A stretch of 43,396 nucleotides of DNA, from contig JAFAHI010000679.1 of assembly GCA_019237325.1 (NCBI GenBank), positions 1 to 43,396 of the forward strand, given 5' to 3'. The stretch is from Verrucomicrobiota bacterium (lineage in GTDB: Bacteria > Verrucomicrobiota > Verrucomicrobiia > Chthoniobacterales > JAFAMB01). Shown one piece after another: positions 6,402 to 14,650 of this stretch. The notes under the pieces were generated by a model. It saw only the letters and a list, made by a program, of their open reading frames with translations. It did not search any database and had not been told where the DNA came from. A program made the translations under genes and the position numbers. The stretch's first letter is position 1; each line of letters opens with the position of its first letter.

Positions 6402-9314
6402 TCAGTGAGGGAAGCTCCTCTCTATCTCGGCAATACGAGCCCGGGTTTCAGCGTCTTTCTTGTCAAAGCTGGCCATCAATTCCTGGAAACTGCTGTCTTG
6501 CTTAAAGACATCCAGGGAAGGATCGTCCCGCAAAAGATTGACTGCATTCGGTAACACGCTGATTGATTTCGGAAAAAGCTTACGCAAGAGCTCGTTCGCT
6601 TCATCTCTAAGCCCTAGAATCCGGTCGCTGACAGCGAGGTAGTATATCGCGTCCCGGTCCGTCGGGTGTATGCTGAGAAGCGATTTAGCTTGAGCCTGCA
6701 ATTTCGTTGCCTCAGCGCTAGCCCTGGTCGCGTCGCCCGACAAGTGATAGGCCAAAGCCGAGTGAAACTGGGCCCAGGCATCAGTGTTCGCCTTCGCCTG
6801 TGTAACCTGAATTACAAATGGCCAATCACTCAACCGTTCCGCACATTCGACCCGCAAATCGAGAGCGGATGGATTATAAGCGACGGCATCAGGAGGGAGA
6901 TCTTTCAGCTCGTTAAACGCCTTTTGATAGTCGCGCCGTTGGGCCAGCAGCTCACATTCTAACATCTTCCGCCGATCCGGATCGCTTTCGAGCTGAAGGG
7001 TTTTTTGCATCCATTTTTCGCGCAAGTCGTTCTCACCTATGACCGCGCAGATATAAGCCAAGAGATACGCCTTCCGCGGATCATTTGGATCGAGAGAATA
7101 CGACTTTCGCAGCATGGAATAGGCTTCGAAGTCTACCGATGAGCCTAGCCTTTGGCTGGCGGCCCTGAAATTAACCTCCGCATCGTTCGGAGCGAGCCGA
7201 AGCGCCTTGTTAATCGCTTCTCCAGCCTGATCGAATAAGCTTTTCCAAACGTAAGCTCGGGAAAGGACGACGTAGGCACGAGCCTGCGCCGGATCTATGG
7301 AAACGGCACGGTTGCCAAGGTCGATCGCTGAATCTACCCAGAACGCCTCCTCCCCAAAGCGGACATTCCGATCGATGTAGGCGTTAGCAAGACCCACATA
7401 GGCCAGCGAAAATTTAGGATCTAACTCTAAAGCCTGCCGGTAAAGCTCTACGGCTTTTTCGTTATCGTCCTTGTGGCGAAGGAGGTAGTAGGCCCGCCCC
7501 TGGAGAAAAAGATCGTACGCTGTGACGTTGTCCGTCGGTTTCTGCTGAATCTCGTCACGTTCGTTTGGGCTGAGGCGCACTTGGAGAGCTGAAGCCAGGT
7601 TTTCAGCGACATCTGTTTGAATAGCGAACAGGTCTCTCATTTCTCGGTTATAGGCGGCCCCCCAAAGGCGTTTGCCGGTCCGAGCATCGTATAGAACAGC
7701 GATAATTTTAATCTCTTGGTCCAACCGCTGCACACTGCTCTCCAGCACCGTTTGTACGTTCAATTCGCGGCCGATCTCATGCAGCGATTTCCTTGGTACT
7801 CCCGGTGCGGCCTTATATCCAAGGACCGAGTCGCGGGAGATAACCCGGAGGTCCGCAATCTTCGAAAGCTGAAAGATAACCTCGGTCGTAAGTCCATCGC
7901 TAAGATAATCGTTTTGCTTGTCTCCACCCACGTTATCAAATGGCAAAACCGCCACGGACTTCTCCCCTCCCCCTGCAGCAGGCATGCCGGGATGAAAGAA
8001 AAAGTACGCTCCTAGCACGCCGGCCAACACCAAGGCCACACCGCCGCCGATGAGGTAACTTTTTCCCAAGAGATGCCTTTTCCGCCGGGTTGCTGGAACC
8101 GGCACGCTCGTTTGCGCCACTCTGTGTCCCGCAAGGCTCCGCTGGGTCGCACGCACTATCGCCAAGAGATCTTCCGGAGTTTGCGGCCGGTCTTTCGGGT
8201 CTTTCTCAAGCAAATGGGTTAGCAACGCCACCATCGGTTGCGGGAAGTATTTCAGTTTGCTGATTGGTAACGGCGCTTGGAGATGTTGGGCCGCTACCTC
8301 CGATGGCGTACCGATAAACGGCGCGGATTTGGTCAACATCTGCCATAAGGTGACGCCGACCGAGTAGAGATCCGATCTTATATCGACCGGTCCGCAGCTG
8401 ATCTGCTCGGGACTCGCGTATCGCGGGGTACCCAAGAAAATTCCAGGTTCGGAGGCGGAAGATTCCTCTATGTCGCCAGTGGCGAACTTTACTAACCCGA
8501 AATCGATCACTTTGGCGGTTAGTTGGCCGTGGCTGTCTCGGGTCAGGATGATATTGGCGGGTTTGATGTCCCGGTGTACCAGCCCAGCTTCATGAGCGGC
8601 CGCCAGCGCAGAAGCGATTTGGGCCGTGATCTCCAGCGCTAATTTCGCGTCCAGTGGTCCGTGTTGGGCGATAAAAGCTTCAAGGGTTTGCCCCTCGATT
8701 AATTCCATCGCATAGAAATAGGAAGCTTCGGTGGAACCGAGATAGTAGATCGATGCGACGAAGGGATGGCGCAGCGACGCGGCGGCGCGCGCTTCCCGCA
8801 AGAAGCGGTTCTTAAGCGATTCGTTATGAAGCAGCCGGCTCGAAATCACTTTTAATGCTACCGGGCGTCGCAAGGTGGTGTCGGACGCTTTGTAAGTAAT
8901 CCCCATGGCTCCCCGGCCGAGCTCAACTGGTTTGCCATCGGAGTCGATCTCAACTTCGAAATGGGCATATCGCCGTTGGAAATGTTCGGCGACTAACAGG
9001 CTTAGATCAGCTGCTTCATCTGAAAACGAATCCATTGAGCTGCCGCTGGCCTGGCGGAGCATTTCTGCGCCCGGCGGCAGAGGTTGGTTCGGCGGTAACC
9101 CTTCAGTGGCGCCAGAGGCTTCCGCCTCTGCTTCGCTACGGCGCGACAAGTCCGCATCTCCCGCCGGGGGACCTTGGCTCGGTGACTCGCCCTTCACTTC
9201 GCTTTGGCGCGACGAATCCGCCTCCGCTTCGCTACGGCGCGGCGAACCAGATTCGGGATTTGGCGGTGTCTGGTTTTCTGGGTCGTCGGGTTTCCGCTCG
9301 CTACCGGCGCTCAT
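6402..9314 (-). CDS. Ser/Thr protein kinase with TM helix and extracytoplasmic TPR domain
   Basis: 970 aa. Hanks motifs 'GRGAMGITYKA', 'VALKVI', 'HRDIKPANIIL', 'DFGLVK' and 'GTPRYASPEQ'. One TM helix (LIGGGVALVLAGVLGAYFFF), a 'VAVLPFDNVGGD' module, then many TPR-like repeats. The start overlaps the sigma-gene stop (ATGA). Confidence 0.9.
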   Translation of the reverse strand: MSAGSERKPDDPENQTPPNPESGSPRRSEAEADSSRQSEVKGESPSQGPPAGDADLSRRSEAEAEASGATEGLPPNQPLPPGAEMLRQASGSSMDSFSDEAADLSLLVAEHFQRRYAHFEVEIDSDGKPVELGRGAMGITYKASDTTLRRPVALKVISSRLLHNESLKNRFLREARAAASLRHPFVASIYYLGSTEASYFYAMELIEGQTLEAFIAQHGPLDAKLALEITAQIASALAAAHEAGLVHRDIKPANIILTRDSHGQLTAKVIDFGLVKFATGDIEESSASEPGIFLGTPRYASPEQISCGPVDIRSDLYSVGVTLWQMLTKSAPFIGTPSEVAAQHLQAPLPISKLKYFPQPMVALLTHLLEKDPKDRPQTPEDLLAIVRATQRSLAGHRVAQTSVPVPATRRKRHLLGKSYLIGGGVALVLAGVLGAYFFFHPGMPAAGGGEKSVAVLPFDNVGGDKQNDYLSDGLTTEVIFQLSKIADLRVISRDSVLGYKAAPGVPRKSLHEIGRELNVQTVLESSVQRLDQEIKIIAVLYDARTGKRLWGAAYNREMRDLFAIQTDVAENLASALQVRLSPNERDEIQQKPTDNVTAYDLFLQGRAYYLLRHKDDNEKAVELYRQALELDPKFSLAYVGLANAYIDRNVRFGEEAFWVDSAIDLGNRAVSIDPAQARAYVVLSRAYVWKSLFDQAGEAINKALRLAPNDAEVNFRAASQRLGSSVDFEAYSMLRKSYSLDPNDPRKAYLLAYICAVIGENDLREKWMQKTLQLESDPDRRKMLECELLAQRRDYQKAFNELKDLPPDAVAYNPSALDLRVECAERLSDWPFVIQVTQAKANTDAWAQFHSALAYHLSGDATRASAEATKLQAQAKSLLSIHPTDRDAIYYLAVSDRILGLRDEANELLRKLFPKSISVLPNAVNLLRDDPSLDVFKQDSSFQELMASFDKKDAETRARIAEIERSFPH
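9121..9247. repeat. Three copies of a 16-17-nt motif (cttcgctayggcgcgrc) inside the kinase 5' coding region
   Basis: Copies near 9131-9147, 9197-9213 and 9227-9243. On the minus strand they encode the reiterated 'RRSEAEA / RQSEVKG / RRSEAEA' in the disordered N-terminus. Confidence 0.6.
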
Positions 9315-10081
9315 TTCAATCGCCGTCCTTCGGTCACCAGAAGCGCCTGGTACAACGCATGGATCTCCGCGTCGATGTCCCCAGGATCAACCAATGTCTG
9401 AGCTACTTCATCGCGCAGAAGGGCCGAGTATCGTTTACGCATTCGGAACACCAGGGTCTTAACTCCGGCGACGGTCAGCCCCAGCTCGGCCGCAACCTCA
9501 TCATAGCCTTCGCTGAGATTTGTTCCGGTTAGATCAAGATAGCCGCGTAGCCGGTCGAATTGGGCGGTCTTACCCACTTGCCGATATTCTTCGCTGAGCC
9601 GGACCATGGCTCGCTCCAGTAGCAGCTGTGCCCATTGAGCATCGAAAAAGACCTCCGCCGTCACGTTATCCTTCGGTTCGATCTGGTCGCGTTCATTCGC
9701 TTCCTGCGCATCAAGCGCCACTAACGGATTTCCTCCACCCCGTTTCGCTGCCCCGGCTCGGTGGCGCACCGCCGAGATATGGTTCTGAAATGAAGCCAGC
9801 AAGAATGATCGGAACCGGCCGCGGTTCGGATCAGCGTGCTTTAAGCTGACCTTATCCAGAAGGTGCAAAAAGAAACTCTGGGTCAGGTCCTGGGCGTCTT
9901 CATCGCTAAAACCTCTGTAACGAGCGAAATGGTATAGGGGATACCAATACCGGGAACAGAATTCGGACAAAGACTCCTCATGGAATGGTGACGTGACGTC
10001 ACCAGAACGAAGCACTAGGTCCCAGCGAGTGGTATGGAACTGCATCCCTGCCTGCTGTTCCTTACTTTGCCTGGTATTCAC
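9311..10081 (-). CDS. ECF-type RNA polymerase sigma factor (kinase-associated)
   Basis: 256 aa. Region 2 'YWYPLYHFARYRGFSDEDAQDLTQSFFLHLL', region 4 HTH 'YDEVAAELGLTVAGVKTLVFRMRKRY'. There is a 4-nt overlap with the downstream kinase. Confidence 0.85.
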   Translation of the reverse strand: MNTRQSKEQQAGMQFHTTRWDLVLRSGDVTSPFHEESLSEFCSRYWYPLYHFARYRGFSDEDAQDLTQSFFLHLLDKVSLKHADPNRGRFRSFLLASFQNHISAVRHRAGAAKRGGGNPLVALDAQEANERDQIEPKDNVTAEVFFDAQWAQLLLERAMVRLSEEYRQVGKTAQFDRLRGYLDLTGTNLSEGYDEVAAELGLTVAGVKTLVFRMRKRYSALLRDEVAQTLVDPGDIDAEIHALYQALLVTEGRRLK

Positions 10082-10194
10082 CGCGTGTACCTCTCTAAAT
10101 CTTTTAAGCCGAAAGCCTTCCAGGGGACAATGAATTTTGTTGGGAAACTGGCGAGCCGCGGTATGGGCAGGTCAGCCGCAATGCGGCGGCTCAT

Positions 10195-10223
10195 GATAGC
10201 CTAGGGCCTAGCCCTAGGCTATC
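10195..10223. repeat. Palindrome (12-bp arms, 5-nt loop) gatagcctaggg-cctag-ccctaggctatc
   Basis: Read directly. It lies in the 400-nt gap upstream of the ECF sigma gene. Confidence 0.7.
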
Positions 10224-10481
10224 CAGTAATATTTGGTCTGGCGCGGAAGGCGCGAAAGAAATGGCTGGCCGCCTCTTCGATTCGCAATCCTGGCGTAAAC
10301 GAAAAGCATACATATTCGTGAGACGCGCTTTCCGCGCGAGATTGCTGAATAACCGGATTCCTAGGCCTACGCACGGCAGGCGCCGGACTATCATGAGTCG
10401 CCATTTCGCGGACGCCCGGTCCTCCGATCTGGCGGAACCGTCCTTTTATCTCTCACTTTTCACCTCCCTAGCCCCTGGATT

Positions 10482-11675
10482 CTAGCTCCTGGCTCCTCCT
10501 AGATATTCCATCACTGCATCAACCCCGCCCTTCTTAAAAGGAACCCTGAATTCGGCCAGGCTCATCTCGACCCCGCACAGCGTTCCGCATAGCATGAGAT
10601 CATTGAAATCGCCAAGATGACCGATTCGAAATGCGCGGCCCTTGAGTTTTCCGAGACCGGACCCCAGGGACAAATTGAATTTCTCGAGGACAACGTTCCG
10701 AAACGCGGCTTCATCAAAACCGCTCGGTAAAAAGATGGCAGTCAAAGAACCGCTATATTCGTGCGGATCGGCGCACACCAATTCGAGTCCCCAAGCGTTG
10801 ACGGCCGCACGAGTTGCTTCAGCGTGCCTCTGATGCCGCTTAAATACTGCATCCAGGCCCTCCTCCTCCACCAACATGGAGATGGCTTCACGCAACCCGA
10901 ATAACAGATTCGTTGCCGGCGTATATGGGAAAAAGCCCTGCTTGTTCGGTTCGACCATTTCTGTCCAGGACCAAAACGAACGCGGTAGCCGGGCGGTACG
11001 AGACGCCTCGAGCGCTTTTTGGCTAACGGCGTTAAAGCCGAGGCCTGGCGGCAACATCAAACCTTTTTGGGAGCCGCCAATAGCAACATCGACGCCCCAT
11101 TCGTCATGTCGATAGTCGATGCTCCCAAGTGAGGAGATAGTATCGACCATCAGTAAGGCCGGGTGACCTGCACGATCCATGGATTGTCGGACCTCCGCGA
11201 TCCGGCTGGTGACCCCGGTCGAGGTTTCGTTATGGACGCACATGACCGCCTTGATTTCTTTGCGAGCATCGTCGCGCAGCCTGGCTTCAACGGCTTCGGG
11301 TGGCACGCCGTGTCGCCAATCCCCAGGGACAAAGTCAACGATGATACCGAAGTTTAGCGCCAGCTTTTGCCAGAGGGTGCCGAAATGCCCAGTCTCGAAC
11401 ATCAATACCCGATCACCGGGTGAGAGCGTGTTTACAATCGCGGCTTCCCAGGCGCCGGTTCCGCTGGATGGAAAGATGAACACTTGGCCCTGAGATGTCT
11501 GGAAGACTCTTTTCATGCCCTCTAAACAGTCATGACCAAGCTGGGAAAACTCCTGACTGCGGTGATCGATGGTGGGACGATCAATCGCGCGGAGCACCCG
11601 ATCGGGCACATTGGTCGGACCAGGGATTTGGAGAAAGTGTCTGCCAGGGAAGCGGGAGTAGGGTTCGCGGTTCAC
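10482..11675 (-). CDS. Class V aminotransferase (serine-glyoxylate / alanine-glyoxylate type)
   Basis: 397 aa. 'PGRHFLQIPGPTNVPDRVLRA' N-terminus and PLP-lysine motif 'GGSQKGLMLPPGLG'. GTG start. The first and last about 5 codons lie in repeat units. Confidence 0.9.
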   Translation of the reverse strand: MNREPYSRFPGRHFLQIPGPTNVPDRVLRAIDRPTIDHRSQEFSQLGHDCLEGMKRVFQTSQGQVFIFPSSGTGAWEAAIVNTLSPGDRVLMFETGHFGTLWQKLALNFGIIVDFVPGDWRHGVPPEAVEARLRDDARKEIKAVMCVHNETSTGVTSRIAEVRQSMDRAGHPALLMVDTISSLGSIDYRHDEWGVDVAIGGSQKGLMLPPGLGFNAVSQKALEASRTARLPRSFWSWTEMVEPNKQGFFPYTPATNLLFGLREAISMLVEEEGLDAVFKRHQRHAEATRAAVNAWGLELVCADPHEYSGSLTAIFLPSGFDEAAFRNVVLEKFNLSLGSGLGKLKGRAFRIGHLGDFNDLMLCGTLCGVEMSLAEFRVPFKKGGVDAVMEYLGGARS

Positions 11676-11872
11676 GGTTCGCAGCTCGCGGTTGGTGGTG
11701 GCTTGTTCGGCGGTTGTAGCGGATTAGTTGGGGTGGCTCAGATGGGACTTATGGGACCAATGGGACTAATGGGGACCATATGACAAGTCTTCTCAATGGG
11801 AAACCGGCAAGCTGCAGTAGAAGCTGGAGCTCAACTGCCAACGGCGAACCGTGAACTGTGAACTGCGAAACC
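11661..11872. repeat. Hairpin element with GTTCGCR/GTTCACR heptamer arms and an internal ATGGGACY octamer array
   Basis: Left arm 11661-11694, right arm 11838-11872. Internal 'atgggacttatgggaccaatgggactaatggggaccata' at 11742-11780. It spans the whole intergenic region. Confidence 0.75.
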
Positions 11873-12516
11873 TACTCCGGTATTGGCGGATAGCTGGCTC
11901 GGAATCGTTCGTAGGCATCTTCATCCGAGATCATGCCTTCGATCGCGGCGAAAACCGGTTCGGGGCGGTAAATACCGCTCAACAGGACGGTATCTTCAAT
12001 GGCGCTACGGAGAAGAAACGTTGGGCGCTGATTTACGGGTAACAGACTGAATTCGGCGGTGCTGGCTTTTATGGCATCCGCGATCGTCTGATCGTTGACC
12101 GCGTGTTCCAGTTCAGATTGGCTGATGCCACTTGCTTTTGCGGCAAGTTCAAGCGCGACCTCGAGACGAAGAATCGGTTTACCTTCTATTAATCCTTCGG
12201 TCTTGAGGATTTCTCTCACCGCGTCGCCGTGACCGAGAGCTTCGGCCGCCTGGATTACGGCATTCGGCACCCAGGTGGCCTGGCCTGACTTCTCGATCCA
12301 GTTATGATTGAACCGCCGCCCGGTAACGAAATCGCACCGGTCGTAGTACCATTTCTCCTGTTCGAGGCCGGCCGCCATCGGTTTGCCGTCATTAATCAAA
12401 GCGATCTTTCGAACGATCGGTACTCGAGAGCGGTAGCGCTTGTTGATGGCGACGAGGACTTCGTCGCCCATGGCGCACCACATTGAACAAACATCGTAGT
12501 AGTAGGTGAGGTTCAT
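11872..12516 (-). CDS. DsbA/FrnE-like thioredoxin-fold protein
   Basis: Trimmed to the ATG at 12516 (MNLTYYYDVCSMWCAMG...). 214 aa. A Cys pair sits where DsbA-like proteins carry 'D..CPWC', here with CxxxC spacing. The upstream 39 codons of the track ORF are repeat sequence. Confidence 0.65.
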   Translation of the reverse strand: MNLTYYYDVCSMWCAMGDEVLVAINKRYRSRVPIVRKIALINDGKPMAAGLEQEKWYYDRCDFVTGRRFNHNWIEKSGQATWVPNAVIQAAEALGHGDAVREILKTEGLIEGKPILRLEVALELAAKASGISQSELEHAVNDQTIADAIKASTAEFSLLPVNQRPTFLLRSAIEDTVLLSGIYRPEPVFAAIEGMISDEDAYERFRASYPPIPE

Positions 12517-12521
12517 TGTTT

Positions 12522-12609
12522 GCAGTGAGCAGTGAGCAGTGAGCAGTGAGTAGGGGTGCGCTAGGGGGTGGCGGGAATGGGACCAATGAGACTCATGGGA
12601 CTTATGGGA
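12522..12609. repeat. Tandem (GCAGTGA)x4 followed by an ATGGGAC-type octamer array
   Basis: 'gcagtgagcagtgagcagtgagcagtgagtagg' at 12522-12554 and 'aatgggaccaatgagactcatgggacttatggga' at 12576-12609. Confidence 0.7.
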
Positions 12610-12742
12610 TCGGAGGGTGGCGAGCAACTGCAAACCGCTAACTGCTCACCGCTAACCTTTAACAGCGTCAGGAAAGCGACCAGCCCATGGTTGCCACGCC
12701 TCATATTGGTGCGCCAGAGCGCACAACAATCCGTTCTGTCCT

Positions 12743-12789
12743 GAACTGCAAACGGCGAACGGTGAATGGCGAACCGTGAACGGTGAACC
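12743..12789. repeat. Tandem GAACGGY/GAACCGT heptamers abutting the Kir gene stop
   Basis: 'gaactgcaaacggcgaacggtgaatggcgaaccgtgaacggtgaacc'. Same unit family as 3567-3693 and 11661-11872. Confidence 0.6.
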
Positions 12790-12791
12790 TC

Positions 12792-13664
12792 TCACGCTTC
12801 CTCCGTGTCGTGGATTCGACTGTAGTCAACTGCGAACCGACCCTCGCCTTGTTCGGTATAGATCTCGACGAATCGCCGATTCCAAAGAATCTCATCGTTA
12901 GTGTAATCGACCGCGCTTTGAATTGGAGCCGGAATCACCGTGTCGACACAGACGACGGAAGCCATAATTCGGGTATCACTCTTTTTCAGATCCTCGGCGG
13001 TTAACCCATACAATGGGCTGGTTTCATCGATTCGATGGCGGATGGTCAGTGCGGCCGGAAACGCGATTAGCCGATCGAAGTCGAGCTTTAACTGATGAAA
13101 CCGCCGAACATCCGGATCTTCTTTCGTCGCCTCAGTTCGGATCAGCATCAATCGAAATTCGGCTTCCACCATTGCGTGATGCCGCAGGTTGGCCACGCGC
13201 AACATCAAATTGGGTATGCCGTCGAACGGCCCTATGATCATAGACTTACTGAAAAGGATCTTGGCGGTGGGACGCGAAAATCTGACAAAAATCAAGCCGG
13301 TCACGACGGCCATGCCGAACATACCGACCATGATCTCCAGCGTGGCGATCAAATGACCGTATAAGCTGTCCGGATACATATGGCCGTAGCCGACCGTGGC
13401 CAAGGTCTCAACACTGAAGAAAAAAGCGTCGAGAAAGGAGCCGGGAGGTAACTCGGCAATGCTTTTTCCACCCGCCCAATAAAAGGCTGCAAAGAAGACG
13501 TTGATGAGCACGTAGATGCCTAAGATCAGCCCCGCGAATTGAGGCCAAGTTAACGTGAGGATCGAATGATAAGCATCTCGCCAGTCATATTTCTCCGCAT
13601 TCAGTTTCAGAAATTCGAGATGGCCGGCTTTAACTGAGATCGGGGCAGTACGCAGTTTTTTCAT
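12792..13664 (-). CDS. Inward-rectifier-type potassium channel (KirBac-like)
   Basis: 290 aa. Two TM helices flank the pore helix and selectivity filter 'ETLATVGYGHMYP'. The cytoplasmic beta-rich C-domain is typical of Kir. Confidence 0.9.
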   Translation of the reverse strand: MKKLRTAPISVKAGHLEFLKLNAEKYDWRDAYHSILTLTWPQFAGLILGIYVLINVFFAAFYWAGGKSIAELPPGSFLDAFFFSVETLATVGYGHMYPDSLYGHLIATLEIMVGMFGMAVVTGLIFVRFSRPTAKILFSKSMIIGPFDGIPNLMLRVANLRHHAMVEAEFRLMLIRTEATKEDPDVRRFHQLKLDFDRLIAFPAALTIRHRIDETSPLYGLTAEDLKKSDTRIMASVVCVDTVIPAPIQSAVDYTNDEILWNRRFVEIYTEQGEGRFAVDYSRIHDTEEA

Positions 13665-13797
13665 GGCAGTGCAGGGAATGTTCTGTGGGAACTAAAACCG
13701 TAGCCAGGCAGCTAAGACCTGGAAACCGAAAATGAGGGTCTTTGTCGAGAGGGTAAAGTCAGACGACGACGCGTCTGAATTGGTCGTCAGCCCGGAC

Positions 13798-14019
13798 CAG
13801 CTCCGTAGGAGCGAAATCTTTATAGCAATATCGGCCTCCACCTACCGCTGCAGCTCCGTAGGAGCGACATCTTCGGGAGCAGATCGACGCACCGGTTGGC
13901 AGTGCATTGCGAACATCAGTGACGCTTTCCTTTGATACGGATCAGATGTCACTCCTACGGAGTTCCCGGCGATTTTTCTCCGTGTCGTTTCCTATAAAGA
14001 TTTCGCTCCTACGGAGCTG
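13798..14019. repeat. MITE-like nested palindrome, copy 1 (AGCTCCGTAGGAGCG core)
   Basis: Outer arms A 13798-13825 / A' 13992-14019 (cagctccgtaggagcgaaatctttatag). Inner arms B 13851-13872 / B' 13944-13962 (cagctccgtaggagcgacatct). Confidence 0.75.
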
Positions 14020-14215
14020 TTTAGCGGCCTTCATCCAATCGGGAGTCATCACCAGCCCGGGATTGATCGTGTTCACGCTGGTTGGCGAGCCAGACTCCGT
14101 TCGGGACGGCTCACCGACAGATTTAACCTAGCTAACCTCAAATGAGCAGGAACTATCTAACCCTTTCGTATGCCTTGCGACTCACATCATACTGCCGTAG
14201 GTTTGGGGTACAAAA

Positions 14216-14470
14216 TTGGCTTCGATTTATCTTAGTTTTCTTCGCAAGTGTGGGTTGATACTAGCAAACGGGATCGGTAGTATTATCTGTCTGGGAACTG
14301 CCAGCGTGGTCGCAGGTCTCTTGTACGGGGAAACGAGTACGCCCCGCGCGTTCTTTCTGCTTTTTCTCATCCTGACGTTTCTGTTCGGCGGCTTTTATCT
14401 GTTCATCCGTTGTCTGAAGATAATCTCGCCAAACCGACGTATCCGGAGCTATCCCATCAAACGGTTATAA
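14216..14470 (+). CDS. Hypothetical small membrane protein (2 TM)
   Basis: 84-aa ORF with two hydrophobic segments. It lies between the two MITE-like copies. No other support. Confidence 0.3.
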   Translation: MASIYLSFLRKCGLILANGIGSIICLGTASVVAGLLYGETSTPRAFFLLFLILTFLFGGFYLFIRCLKIISPNRRIRSYPIKRL

Positions 14471-14594
14471 GTTGTAGGTTTTGAGTTTTAGGTTTTAGGT
14501 CGCCTAACGGCGAAATCGTCCAGAAAAGCTGACCGCGGGATCGATCGCAGAAGATTCGGCGCAAACCTAAAACGTAAAACATAAAACCTAAAAC
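14471..14594. repeat. Hairpin element with GTTTTAG-type heptamer arms
   Basis: 'gttgtaggttttgagttttaggttttaggt' at 14471-14500 and the inverted 'acctaaaacgtaaaacataaaacctaaaac' at 14565-14594. Confidence 0.75.
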
Positions 14595-14650
14595 TTTTAA
14601 CTTTCTATCGCTGGAGGCAGTAGCGGACGCTATTGCCGGATGGGACCTTG

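Noticed and set aside
8905-9532. Plus-strand ORFs of 185 aa, 165 aa and 65 aa overlapping the kinase 5' region and the sigma 3' end
   Set aside because: They are antisense shadows of two well-supported minus-strand genes. Their translations are Arg/Ser/Pro/Gly-rich low complexity with no motifs. The repeat-derived GC-rich sequence keeps several frames open.
13732-14131. ORFs 13732..13935 and 13907..14131 (and 14457..14774 on the minus strand)
   Set aside because: They are translations of the nested-palindrome and heptamer repeats ('LRRSEIFIA', 'SLLRS' and similar). The same peptide-like strings recur wherever the repeat recurs.
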